A stretch of 63,841 bases of DNA, counting the filler, from Basidiobolus ranarum (taxonomy: Eukaryota): assembly GCA_040143965.1 (NCBI GenBank). It is 25 parts of 25 records of this genome, joined end to end, with 100 filler letters (N's around TTAATTAATTAA, not from the genome) between each part and the next. Parts side by side here need not be neighbours in the genome. Positions count along the whole stretch, not along the records: positions 38,432 to 40,887 come from JASJQH010003322.1; positions 40,988 to 43,442 come from JASJQH010003323.1; positions 43,543 to 45,996 come from JASJQH010003324.1; positions 46,097 to 48,549 come from JASJQH010003325.1; positions 48,650 to 51,101 come from JASJQH010003326.1; positions 51,202 to 53,651 come from JASJQH010003327.1; 19 more parts are not named here. One strand, given 5' to 3'. How positions within the stretch are numbered: position 1 is the stretch's first letter; each line of letters begins with the position of its first letter. The position numbers and the translations under genes were made by a program. Of this stretch, positions 39,535 to 51,767 are shown one piece after another. The notes under the pieces were generated by a model, which did no database searches, was not told the origin of the DNA, and saw only the letters and a program-made list of their open reading frames with translations.

Positions 39535-40887
39535 TCACTCCAGTAAGATAGTATTACTATCGTTTTCACTCCTAGGACCTTTGTTTCTATTGCTCTTTTT
39601 TCTCCTTCTAGGCTTCGACGACTGGGAACTAGACTTGGAGTCTGTGGATATGTTGGGTTGAATACGACTAGTACGATTTTCATCACTAGTAGGTGGAGTT
39701 ATGGGTTCCGCTTTCGTGCTAATTTTACCTCTGGAGCGTTTATTCGATTTAAATGACTTTTTTACGACGTTGCTAGGCGCCTGGTCACTTACATGTAGCC
39801 TTGTCTCATGGCTCCTATTGAGGTCTGCAGGGTTCTTAGCTTTAGTATTGTTGCCGTTTGGATTTCGACTTGTACTATCCTTTTGACCAACGCCCAAAGT
39901 CTTTAATTTATCTATCAAATCGTCAATGTTATTTGATGCGGGATTCTTAACTTTCCGTGGTGGCTTGGATGCCTCTACACCATTGCTTTTTTGAGGTTTC
40001 ACCGAGTTAATGACAGCCACGGGTTTGACATCTTTTCGTGTTGATAAACCAGGCTGCAGTTGCTCACTCGGAATAACCTCCGCATAGCCTGAATGTAGTA
40101 TAGGCTCACTCACACTAAAAGGGTTTTCTACTACCATCTGACGTGTCTTAGCATTCTTACGAGTTGATGCTTTAGCAGACACTACGTTGCGATTTTTTTG
40201 AGGCTTCACCAGATTGTTGTTAGCTATAGGTTTACTTTTATCTTTTCGCGCAGGTAGATGTTGCTCACTTGTAATTACCTCGGCATAACCTGAATATATC
40301 ATAGGCTCATCCATATCAAAAAGATCTTCTACTGCCATTTGGCGTGTCGTGGCATTCTTACGAAGTGATGATTTAGTAGACTCTATGCTGCGATGTTTCT
40401 GAGGCTTCATCAGGTTGTTGTTAACTACAGGCTTGCTCTTATCATTTCGTACAGGTTGATGTTGCTCACTTGTAATTACCTCCGCATAGCCTGAATATAG
40501 CATAGGTTCATCCATACTAAAAGGATCTTCCGTTGCTTTTCGATGAGTTTTGGTTTTGCTACGAGGTGATGGCTTAGCAGACTCTACATTGGGACCTACT
40601 GATGATTTTACAGAGTTGTTATCAGTTACAAGCTCAGCGATAAATCTTCAGGTAAATATAATAAGTTTTTGTTGCTTACTCAAAATCGTACTCGCGTACC
40701 CAGTATATGCTACAGGTTCATCCATACTAAAAGGATCCTCCGTTGCTTTTCGATGAGCTTTGGTTTTGCTACGAGATGATGGCTTAGCAGACTCTACATT
40801 GGGACCTACTGATGATTTTACAGAGTTGTTATCAGTTACAAGCTCAGCGATAAATCTTCAGGTAAATATAATAAGTTTTTGTTGCTT
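39535..40887 (-). CDS. Ser/Lys/Asn-rich tandem-repeat protein (67-70 codon units), 5' truncated, probable 54-nt intron at 40646-40699
   Basis: 326-aa ORF with three MDEP..YSGYAEVI..EQ units 201 bp apart. The frame continues upstream to a TGA inside a GT..AG segment; a near-identical 210-bp unit repeats to the contig end. Confidence 0.7.
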
Positions 40888-40987
40888 NNNNNNNNNNNNN
40901 NNNNNNNNNNNNNNNNNNNNNNNNNNNNNNNTTAATTAATTAANNNNNNNNNNNNNNNNNNNNNNNNNNNNNNNNNNNNNNNNNNNN

Positions 40988-43442
40988 TTGGGTATGAAGA
41001 ACTCTATAAAAATATTCAGGAGAATATATCAAAGAGACTAGGGATTTTGAAGGTGACAAATTAGCATTCAAGTGGTAAATGTGTAAAATTTGAGTTACAT
41101 TTTTTCCACATGTGTTAATCCATAGTTCTCTGAGATTGTAGCCAATCATGCACAACTATTTAGCAAGATCTTGAAATTTCACTCTGAAACTGAAAAAATT
41201 GACTAAAATCAAATTTAACCAGACAATGTTATAATGGTGAGTAAATGGTCAATCCCAAATGGATTAAAATTGTGATGGTTTTCCTACAATAACAATCCTA
41301 AAACTTTGTTAGAGAGAGTAAACTACATTAATTTGACAAAATCTACCACAAGAGAGCGCATTGGGCCCACAAAAACCTCCATGTTTACTGATGGCAGGAG
41401 TGTCACCAATACATACAATGATATTTGCTTTAATAAAACATTCACCTATCTAAATACCAATTTATAAACATTCAAACTCCACAATCAAAGGCTCCAATAA
41501 TCTATCTATAAGCACTGGTAATTTAGGTCCAGATATGTAGGATAGTATCAAAATATTATGACTCTTATACTACTCAGAAGGAGGAAGATATAAGTTGATT
41601 AAAATTATTGACCAGCAAGCCTTTCCTACTGTATATTTGTTTAGTGAGAAACCATCCTGGGCCAATGCAAATGCATGAACATATGTGCTCTCAAAGAAAC
41701 ATTGACTTTTCGGATTCTGGTAGTGAAATCAATCAAGTATATGAGTAATACCTTAAGCTTTATGGTAAGTACTTTGGTATTGAATCATTGATCTATATTT
41801 GAGCGATTTTGTCAAGAGTTTAAGATGGCAATTACTGATATGTAAGCCAAATATGAACAATATTTACCTGATTCAGTGAATGCCAATTGTGTGCAAACAG
41901 TACATGACTTCAGGTTTTTCAGATCATTGGTGAAAGCTAAAGAGCCATTGGGACATGAAGATAGTTTAATTACTGAATAATTATAAGTCATACAATTGAC
42001 AAGTGTTTTCCACTTGTACCAGGTCTGTGGCAAGCAACAGCTGCCAACCAATTGTGGTAAAAGTATAAGAAAACCAATAAACACCTGGTTGCCAAGATTG
42101 GATTGAACTCTCCACTCCTCAATAATCAAAGCTTCTTCCTTTATAGCAAGTGTTATGAGTGCACTAATGTTTGCTGAGCACAAAGATTCTGTAACAAAGC
42201 CATTGTCTTCTTCTTCAACTAGTGATATGCTACCATTAGTACTGGATTAACTAAGGTCAACATCTAGTAGCAAGTCCTCCAAGTTGTCTGGACTTACTGG
42301 TTCAACCATAGTTGCATTTCTACCTACATAATTCAGGCCATATAACTGTGTTAACTCCACAGTATCTTGACTTTTGGCAGTGTTACCAAAACTTTGCGGA
42401 AATGTGCAGTCAGTGGACTCAGTGGGCAAAACTGAAGTCAATTTTGGCCACTTATTACTGTTGATATTCACCAGGCTTTGTACAGTGATGATACTTGTGA
42501 TTATTTTTTCTATGAAGCCCCCAGCTTTCATATCACAAGAATGTGTGACAATAATAGCAGGGCTTCTATAAATGCTTGTGTTGCATCATGAAAAGGATAT
42601 TGTAGAAAAAGAGCACCTCCAATGTAAGGGTGGTATTTTAGATATAGCCCATCAATATCATCAGCTGATTTGGGATGGTGTCACAGATGAGTCATCAGGG
42701 GATTCACAAGATATTTCTGGTAGAGGATTGCAACTTTGGTTGATTATACATTGTTTCCAAGAAGTATTACTACATCAAGTTTACCACATGTAAACTTGAA
42801 TACCATTCAGAAAGCATTCAAAATCTAAATTGAAATTGGCTTCCAAGCCAAAGCCTGCTGGCACAAAAGGAAAAAAACCAGCAATAACAGAGGACCTAAT
42901 TGATGAGCAGTCTAGCAATCCACTATCAACTTTGGAAGGCATGAACATGCTGGAAAGTAACTCCAGTAATGTTGAAGTATTGATCCATTTACCAGATGTA
43001 TTCCTTTCCAGCAATAGTGCAAGTGAAGAGATTGTAATCACCCAATTATATAGTAAATCAATAGTTGTGCAAAGTTCAAATGAAACACTGCCAAGACTAT
43101 CAACTTCCTAAGTGGCTACTTTGCCCACTATCAAACAAATGTGTAAAAAACTTGGATAGAGTAACTACAACCAGAGAATTGCAGGCAGAACACCATAATG
43201 ATTTGTATACAATCATAAGTAAAAACTACAAAGTTGCTATATAGGTCATGACATGCAATAATGCTGCAACATCACAATTAATGCAGTGTTTGGAAGCAAC
43301 TAGCCAACAGTTAGAGAATCACTCAACAATGACACAAGAACTTCAGAATGCTGTACTTGAGCTACAGCAACATGTTGCTTCCTTCATCCATTTGCATACT
43401 GGATTCCCATCAATCCCACTCCATACATTTGAGCACACCATG
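40988..43442. mobile_element. CACTA-like copies: end at ~41313, transposase 5' half (minus, to ~42590), divergent ORF2 (plus, from ~42790)
   Basis: QDGFSLNK..CWSIILINLYLPPSE..ILILS..GPK on minus; reverse complement of the layout at 58960-61295. Confidence 0.85.
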
Positions 43443-43542
43443 NNNNNNNNNNNNNNNNNNNNNNNNNNNNNNNNNNNNNNNNNNNNTTAATTAATTAANN
43501 NNNNNNNNNNNNNNNNNNNNNNNNNNNNNNNNNNNNNNNNNN

Positions 43543-45868
43543 ATTGGGAAATACTCCAGGGAATGGAAGGAAATTAGAGTCTCTAAATCTTTTGTCCCAG
43601 GCATCTTCAACATCATTCATCAATGAAGCTAGATAATTCTCACTCACTTAAAGCCTGGTATGGAAGCTTCTCCCTCTTTTGCTACCATTAATAGTGCACT
43701 GAAATCTGATTTGACAATAGTTTTTGTAGTAACAAAACAAATTAACTAGCTGCTTTCTGGTAGGTATTGGAGTATATGAGCCACAGTATTCCTCAAATAT
43801 AGCCTCTAGGGTGATAATAGGAAAGCCAGTAGTTGCTTTTGGCTTAATGAGGAATAACCATTTAGAGTAGATGGAGAGCATTCATATATATCTTGTGTTG
43901 AGCTGGCATAATACTGAACAATCTGGTGCATGCAAGTTATTTAACCAAGAATTTCAATCATCATGGTAAAGTTCCCTACATTCTGTATAATAAAATTTCT
44001 GTTTGCATTTATTATCCTAATTATTTCAATTATGTGTAATTGCATGGAAATTATATAATAAGCTGCATCAGGAAAGTTAATCATAGTTCAATCAGAATCA
44101 ACTTATTTAGCATACTTATCAAAACGGCTCAAAGCGGAATGCATTATGCTTGATCACACTAAAGGAAATTAACTTTGACATTTAAACCAAAAATATAAAA
44201 AGATCCCTAATTCTGATTGAAACCAATAAAGTCTAACATCATAGATATATAGTAGTTATGGATCTTGTCAAAACAGATTCTTCCTGATTCACAACTTACT
44301 TTGGTATAGGAAACCACCACTTCCAAAATTTCATGTGCGCAGTCAAATGAAGGTGTGGGTGGCACAAAGCAGTGCATGCCTAATGATTTTACAGATGCCC
44401 AGGTATCCACTATGAGTTCTTGCTTGGATATATGGGAGTTATTGATAAACTTGACAGAAGCCGGAGAAGGGGGCATTAGACAAAAGTGGAAGCAACTTTC
44501 AACTCTGCTTTGAAGAGAATACTATATCTTCATGCTTTCAGAAGTCTGCAAGAAAATATACAATAAGACTCATGAGGATTGAAAATGTGAATTGAGAAAT
44601 AGGAATTTTGATTTTGAGTCTGCAAAGACACAATAGCAATTGCACTTTTGCTTGTATGGACCAGAAGCAACTGTTGCAGCCTCAATTTTAGAGACAAAAG
44701 ATGTTCTAAATAGATATCTACCACTACTCAATGAGACTTTGCAGCAACTGTTGATGGAGATTGCAGAGTTCAAAACAACATTTCAGGACACTATGGCAAG
44801 AGTAATCAACAGAGGTGTAAAGAGAAAAGCAAGACAATTTATTGAATCAGAAGATATTCCCAAAGGCAAATTGGAGCAGTCTAGACCATTGCAGAGATGT
44901 ACTAGATCACTCCAAATCAAAGAGACTCCTGACAAGGGAATTATCTCTCAAGAAGATTCTACACAACTCACCATTAGAATTGAGATAATACCTCCGACAA
45001 GTGCAAGAGCCCAACAAGTTGATTCATCAGCTATTAGTACATATCAACAACAATGCCAGCTTGGAAGAGTCCTTGATGTTTCTCCCAATTTTGATGAAGA
45101 GCAAGCAGTTGATGAAGAAACAGAAAGATAACAGCCTGCATTCTCACTCATCTTAGCATGCAACTTACCTGATTCAACCAAACCAACCAGTGAACTTTTT
45201 ATATCTGGAGAGAGTCAGCTCCAAGGAGCATGCCACCAGAAAGATATATTGGTTTAATACTTACTATTACACAATAGCAACAAAGGCCAACCACAAGAAT
45301 TATTGAACCTTCCACTTTGTTGGATGAAGATCTGACACCTGAGAGTGATCTACTAAGACAGCTATCTGTTACAATGCATACCCCCATGAGACCAAAACAA
45401 TGGTGTTTGAGAAAGATAGTGAAGCTCTTACTGAGCTTGAAGAAGATACAACTGTCAAACACAAACCTCAAGGTAGACAATATGCTGCAAAGTGTGCCAC
45501 CATGCATCAGAGGTGACAGTGGCCAGTCAAAAGAGATGAAGCTTCTACTGTGGCTGAAGAGGCAAGAACTGCCAAACGCAAACCTCAAGGTGGATGACTT
45601 GCTCCAAAACGTACTGCAATGAAACCATGGCAACAGCCAGTTGAAAGAGATGAAGCTTCAACTATGGTTGAAGAAGCAATAACTACCAAACACACACCAC
45701 AAGGTAGACCACTTTCTCCAACACATACTGCCATGCAACTGTGGCCACAGCCAGTCAAAAGAGATGAAGCTTCCACTGTGGTTGAAGAAGCAATAACTGT
45801 TGAGCACTATCCTCAAGTGAGACATTCCAGGTTGACACATAGAGCTGTGCCACAGCAGCAATGCTTGG
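43543..45868. mobile_element. Harbinger-like element centre: transposase 5' end (minus, start ~43881) and divergent ORF2 (plus) with ~4x 114-bp repeat
   Basis: 43543-43569 overlaps 38276-38302 (FPGVFPN); 44753-45868 is collinear with 20523-21675. Confidence 0.75.
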
Positions 45869-45996
45869 TGTCATGATTCTGATCATGGCATACTGATCCA
45901 CTGCATATGGAACTCTTCTATTATTAGATTATGACATCATATCTACTGTGCCATCCCTTCTTGGCAATCTGGTGTCAGTTCATCCAGATTACCTTA
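45869..45996 (+). repeat. Gypsy LTR start inserted into Harbinger ORF2
   Basis: TGTCATGATTCTGATC.. matches 14207-14335. Confidence 0.88.
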
Positions 45997-46096
45997 NNNN
46001 NNNNNNNNNNNNNNNNNNNNNNNNNNNNNNNNNNNNNNNNTTAATTAATTAANNNNNNNNNNNNNNNNNNNNNNNNNNNNNNNNNNNNNNNNNNNN

Positions 46097-46401
46097 AGAG
46101 GAATTGGTGGTTTTCACTTATTGATTTATTGAGTAGAAAGTTGACATTTATAGTTTTGTCAAGATGTAAACAAACTAACGTGTAGAATATGTTAAGGAAG
46201 GTCCCAGCAACATGTGTGCAAAGTTTCGGGCTTCTAGCACAAGTTTAAAAAATCTATATAACTAAGAACTTCTAAGTTGGTAAAAATATTCTAAGTAAAT
46301 TCCAATTGAGAATAATTGCTAATATCTTAGTTTATTTTAAGATAACTAAGTACTAAGCTATATATGACTATATAGGTGTTTAGACAATGCTAATTTCAAC
46401 A
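46097..46401 (-). repeat. Copia LTR family A
   Basis: Matches 25643-25867; ends TTTCAACA. Confidence 0.88.
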
Positions 46402-48549
46402 GTATCACACTACAAGGTTGTATCAAAATAGTAAAATTGCTTGAGGAGGATTTACAAAAGTATGAAGGTAAAATGTGATGCAAGTATGCAGAAAGTGGCT
46501 TCAGAAAAACAACATTCAACTTGAAATTCAGTCTGGTGTTGACCTTGCAGATATCTGGGAATAACTTAATACAGAGTGGCACAATACTGCAGGGTATCTG
46601 CAAGATAGCTGGAAGAATGTTGATTGAGCAATGTTAATACAATGGTGAGCTTTGATGGAGATATTGATACAAATTTATGTTGGATATAAGCTAAACCTTG
46701 GGTATGAAGAACTCTATAAAAATCTTCACAATAATATATCAAACAAACTGGGGATTTCAGAGGTGAAAAATATGCTTTCAAGTGGTGAATATATAAATTT
46801 GAATTATGTTTTTTGTACATATGTTGATCCATAGTTCTCTGAGATTTTAGCCAATCATGTGCAACTATTTTTCAAAATCTTGAAATTTCACTGCTGAAAC
46901 TGAAAAAATTGATTAAAATTAAATCTAATTTGACAATTTCATGATGGTAAGTCCATGATTCATCCCAAATGGATTAAAATTGTGATGGTTTTCCTATGAT
47001 AACAATTCTCAAAATTCTTATAGGTTTATTCAGTAAGGGCTATTTCTGATCTGCTTTGATATCCTGGTTTGGGATAAATGTACTACACCAATGGGTGTTG
47101 TATTGAGCACTTCAGTAGGCAAATTCTTGGTTGAAATGTCCAGAGGAATGCTATTTTCTTCATTGTTTTGGTTGGAATCAATATATATGAATGGATTAGG
47201 AGAAAATGGATTTTTGTCACCATCTGGGTCATTTTGGATGAAGAGCTTTTATTTTCATTAAACAAAACATCTCTAAACTTGATTAAGTTGCAAATTTTGG
47301 TATCATAGAGTCTATAGGCCTTAGTTTGAGTACAATAACCCAGAAATATGTATTTCTTTATTTTGAATTAATTTTGCACAAACTTTTGGTCATAGTTTTG
47401 AATTAAGCAAGGCTTCCAAAAATCCTCAAATGTTTGATATCAGGTTTAACTTCAAACTAAGCCTGATAAGGAGTAGAGTTAGAGAGACTTCTAGTCAAAC
47501 TCTTATTGATCACATATACAGCTGTATCAGCAGATTCTGCCAAATAATTAGGAGAAAATGTTGTACATTTATCATGGATCTTTGCATTTCTATTGTAGTC
47601 ATGTTAGCTCTTTCAGCAACTCCATCTTGTTGAGGGGAATAGAGGGCAGTAGTTTCTCGCTTAATTCCATGAGCTTTGTAGAAGTGCTTAAATATTGTTG
47701 AAGTACATTCTCTAACACTATTAGTACATTTTTTCTTGATTATAGTTCAGTTTCAGTCTCAACATTTGTCTCAAAATCTCTAAATATGCAGAGAGCTTCT
47801 TTTTTCTTTCCTTAAAGTGGACCCAAGTGTTTCTTGTGTAATTGTCAATATATATGATTAAATACCTTTTTCTACCTAAAGATAAATTTGCATAGGTCCA
47901 TACAAATCTGAATCAATTAGATCTAATTTTTTAACAGATTTGAACCAGAGCTCTTGAACAGTTGCCTGGCTTGTTTTCCATATATACATATATATAGGAG
48001 ACTTTCCCAGAATTTGGAAGCAAACTGAGGTCCTCAGTTAGAGATGATAGTTTCAGGGAGTCCATGTAGGTGAAAGATGTTTTGAGTCACCAATTCTGCT
48101 GTTTGTTTTGCATCAATTGACTTGTTGCAGTACACAAAGTGGGCCACCTTTGTCAGATGGTCAATAATTACCAGAATTGAACCATATTTGGCAGACAAGG
48201 GTAGATCAGTTATGAAATCCAGGGATATGGATTTCCACTGCTGATCAGGAATTGAAAGTGGCTGTAGGAGGCCATAGGGCTGATGTATTGGAGTCTTCAC
48301 TTGAGCACAGGTATCACAGGGGGAAACATAAGTCTTGACAAACACAAATATTTTGGGCCACCAATAATCCCTGGATGCCAACATATATGATTTGGCAACA
48401 CCAAAGTGTCCTGCTAGTGGTGAGTCATGTCTTTCCTGCATGATTTTGAGTCTGGAAGTGTGGTCTGGAATGTAAAGGTGCTTCTTATAAAACAAGAGAT
48501 CATTGATGATAGAGAAATGGTGGTACAAGTTCAAGCTTGAGAGGTCTTT
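46402..48549. mobile_element. Mosaic: CACTA-like end (46402-~47024), copia integrase (minus, ~47030-47990), gypsy integrase (minus, ~47995-48549)
   Basis: Matches 30815-31442; PQQDGVAERAN and IDSDLYGPM; HDSPLAGHFG..YWWP..CDTC..ISLDFITDLP. Confidence 0.88.
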
Positions 48550-50471
48550 NNNNNNNNNNNNNNNNNNNNNNNNNNNNNNNNNNNNNNNNNNNNTTAATTA
48601 ATTAANNNNNNNNNNNNNNNNNNNNNNNNNNNNNNNNNNNNNNNNNNNNAATCATCACTTATAATGCAGGCTTGACTAAATATAATTGTCATTTTGCCAG
48701 CAATGATTTGACAAATTTCAGTGCAGGCATCCACATTGCAGTTGTGGGCCATTCTTTTGCATTTTACTGCAGATTACCCAGTTCATCAGGGGACAGTTGG
48801 TTCAACCAGTAAGAGACTTGATATTAAAAATTATCAGTTTCCCAAGATATTATCCAGAGTTAGTATAGTTACAATGCCCCAAGGGTTGGCTTCAAACTTT
48901 AATTACTATTGGAAAGGATTTTAGCTGCTAGTGCAATGTTTCCATTCAAGGATTCATGAGTTATGTTTGCTTGTGCATTTGAGCACAGGCAAAGTGAAAT
49001 AATCTGCTGTGCTAACAAAATGTAACAACAGCTTGCAGATAGCTGTTGAAGCCAAGATACAGGTTCTCAACAAGTGATGCTCTCTCATCATCTTCATATA
49101 CCATTTAAATCAGCAAACTAAACAACTATCTACCAAGTTTCAAATCAAGATCAGACCAATTTTAGTTTGCAGGAATTAGTCAAAAGCATTCAGTATATTG
49201 TGTAGAGCAAGCCCTGACAGGCCTCTATTGGATGAGATGAAAAACTTCAAACTCAGAATAGCTCTGTGATTAATGACTCTGATCAGAATATCTTTGTAAG
49301 AACTCCATTGTCAGAAATTCTCAGTTGTTTTTTTTACTCAATAGGTATCAATATATTGGCAATCATCAAACAGCATGTCAAACTTGTCCACACAAAGTCA
49401 TGTTGGGGAAATAATAATGTTGTAAAGCTCTTACAGCCCAACATTACACTATCTAAAAGCAGATTAACCTACTTTTTTGGAAGCAAGTGGTGAATATACA
49501 AATCTTTAACAATGCAAATAGCAGGATAAATTGATAAAACTGTGATGCTTTGCTAGTCATAGCTGCCTAGGAATTAGTTAAGTTGCATAATATTTATTAT
49601 GATCAAAAAACTAGTACTCTCAGTATATTAACATTATCCCCAGATCAGTATCCTTGGTATCAATAGTTATCAGTCATTGACATATCATTCAGTATTAGTC
49701 AGCAGTTATTGGATCCACCAGCAATTAGTCATGATAGTGTGATGGAAGTCTTAGGATCATATTCCATGGAAAGTTATGTTATAATATTGGCAATGCCATG
49801 TTCCAGTAGCCAGTAATAGTAGGTCACATGATTGTATATCCTCTGCTCTGATGGGACACACAATCATCTTGCCTGTGCCATCATCAAAGGTATCAGCTGA
49901 TTGTTGTGCCAGCCCTGGATGTCTTGGCTAAGAATTTTGCCCCCGATTATGAAAAAGCTAGATTCTGGTATAGGAATTGAATCAATAATCAGTGGATGAG
50001 TTATTTTCATCTAATCATTGAGTTTAGATATGAATACACATGTAGCTCCCTTGATTAACTTCAGTCCAGTCATGGTGAGCACAATACTAGCTTACCCAAT
50101 CCCCAGTAAATCTAAGATATTCAAGAATTATAACAATATTTTGTTGTTCTGTAACATAGTATTGATGAAAGTGTTTTGGTTGTTCAGAAGTAGTTTACAC
50201 AAGAAACTGATATGTGATTAAGTTACTCAAAATCTGCTTATTTGAATGCATCTAACTTACAATTTACTGCTGAATGTAATGGTGGAGTCTACTTGGATTA
50301 ATACAAGAATGCCTTCCATACATAGGTGAGAGTCTGACACCAGTTAGACAGGTTTTAAGATATAAGTACTGATTGGTAAATGTGATCTGATTCATATACT
50401 TATCGATAAGAGCAACACACTTTTTTAGTGCCAAGTTTGAGAGTGAAGCATTAAGAATAAGAATCAGCAAA

Positions 50472-50653
50472 GGACTTGTTCTCTGTGATAGTGCCAGATT
50501 GTGCTGTATATATCATATCAAATGAAGTATTCAAAAATTTATGAGGCATAATTTGGCACTATCTATCACCCTCTGGCATGTTCAAAGTAAGTCACATTCA
50601 CTCTAATATTTCTATCTGAGGTCCAATAAATCCTGGCACAATGGAACAAGTCC
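50472..50653. mobile_element. 182-bp MITE with GGACTTGTTC / GAACAAGTCC terminal inverted repeats
   Basis: Perfect 10-bp TIR, AAA on both flanks, internal GTGCCA/TGGCAC motifs. The interior recurs at 22781-22860 (reverse complement). Confidence 0.8.
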
Positions 50654-51201
50654 AAAGTACTAAATAATGAGGTGCTACTTATCTGTTATTATTAATAATG
50701 ATCAGGGCATGCCATCAAATGTTGACAGAATATCAGCAGCAAATGCAACATTTATGTGCAACAATACATGATTTTGGCATTGAAATGACAGCATGCAGAT
50801 AGCTGTTGGTAACCTAGGGGCAAGATTTTACATAATCTAGAGTATCAGTTCACTATCAAATATTTATATAACTTACAAAATTCATAATAATACAGACTAA
50901 CTGGCTCAAGGTGTAGCATTCTGATGCACTATTGTAACTTCATAACCTCCATAACAAAAGCTATTTTCTATCAAAGCTGGCTCAAAATAGTTGCACTATG
51001 CTCAATATTGTTGATTAATAAACAAGAGCTGTTAAATTAGCAGAACTTCTTTATCTAAAAATAAAGATTGATAAGGGCTAACAGATAGCTATCACAGAAA
51101 CNNNNNNNNNNNNNNNNNNNNNNNNNNNNNNNNNNNNNNNNNNNNTTAATTAATTAANNNNNNNNNNNNNNNNNNNNNNNNNNNNNNNNNNNNNNNNNNN
51201 N

Positions 51202-51767
51202 TTATGCGCTTTATGTGTACGAAATATTGAGTTGATTGAGACATTATGTTGTCTCCAAAATTGCCATCGCTTTTGTCTGATAATCCAATTTCGTAACATT
51301 TACTGTATTGAGGCTGGTTCCTGAGGTGAGTGCAATTTCGGGACTTGATTCACTGATAAATTGACTTTGAAACATGTATATAACACTGACGGCCCGTTTC
51401 CGATATCTTGTAACTTTTGTCTCCGCTGTCGGTTCATTTTAAAATTTATACCTATAGTAGAACAATAATAGGGAATTGTCACCCTAAAGTTTAAGAATGA
51501 TTTGTTGAGTAGTTCTTGAGATATATGAATTTCTTTTCTTGTTTCGGTGATTGCAAGACGTGTGGGAAAGGTGTAGATATGAAACTGGGTGAAGGCCAAG
51601 GTTTGCTTATGCATTATATGTGTACGAAATATTGAGTTGATTGAGACATTATGTTGTCTCCAAAATTGCCATCGCTTTTGTCTGATAATCCAATTTCGTA
51701 ACACCTGGTGAGCTGGGTTCCTGAGAGGAGTACAATTTTGCGATATGATTTACTGATAAATTGACTG
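51202..51767. repeat. 405-bp-period direct repeat containing a 227-bp TGTCAC...GTAACA unit (candidate TRIM-like element)
   Basis: 51202-51298 is nearly identical to 51608-51703, with weaker similarity for ~65 bp beyond. Confidence 0.6.

Noticed and set aside
40646-40699. Selenocysteine TGA in the repeat protein
   Set aside because: No redox motif, no Cys at the aligned position in other units and no SECIS recognised; a GT-AG intron explains the stop more simply.
48650-50470. Classifiable transposase or LINE remnant
   Set aside because: CpG-depleted and probably TE-derived, but no diagnostic motif could be read.
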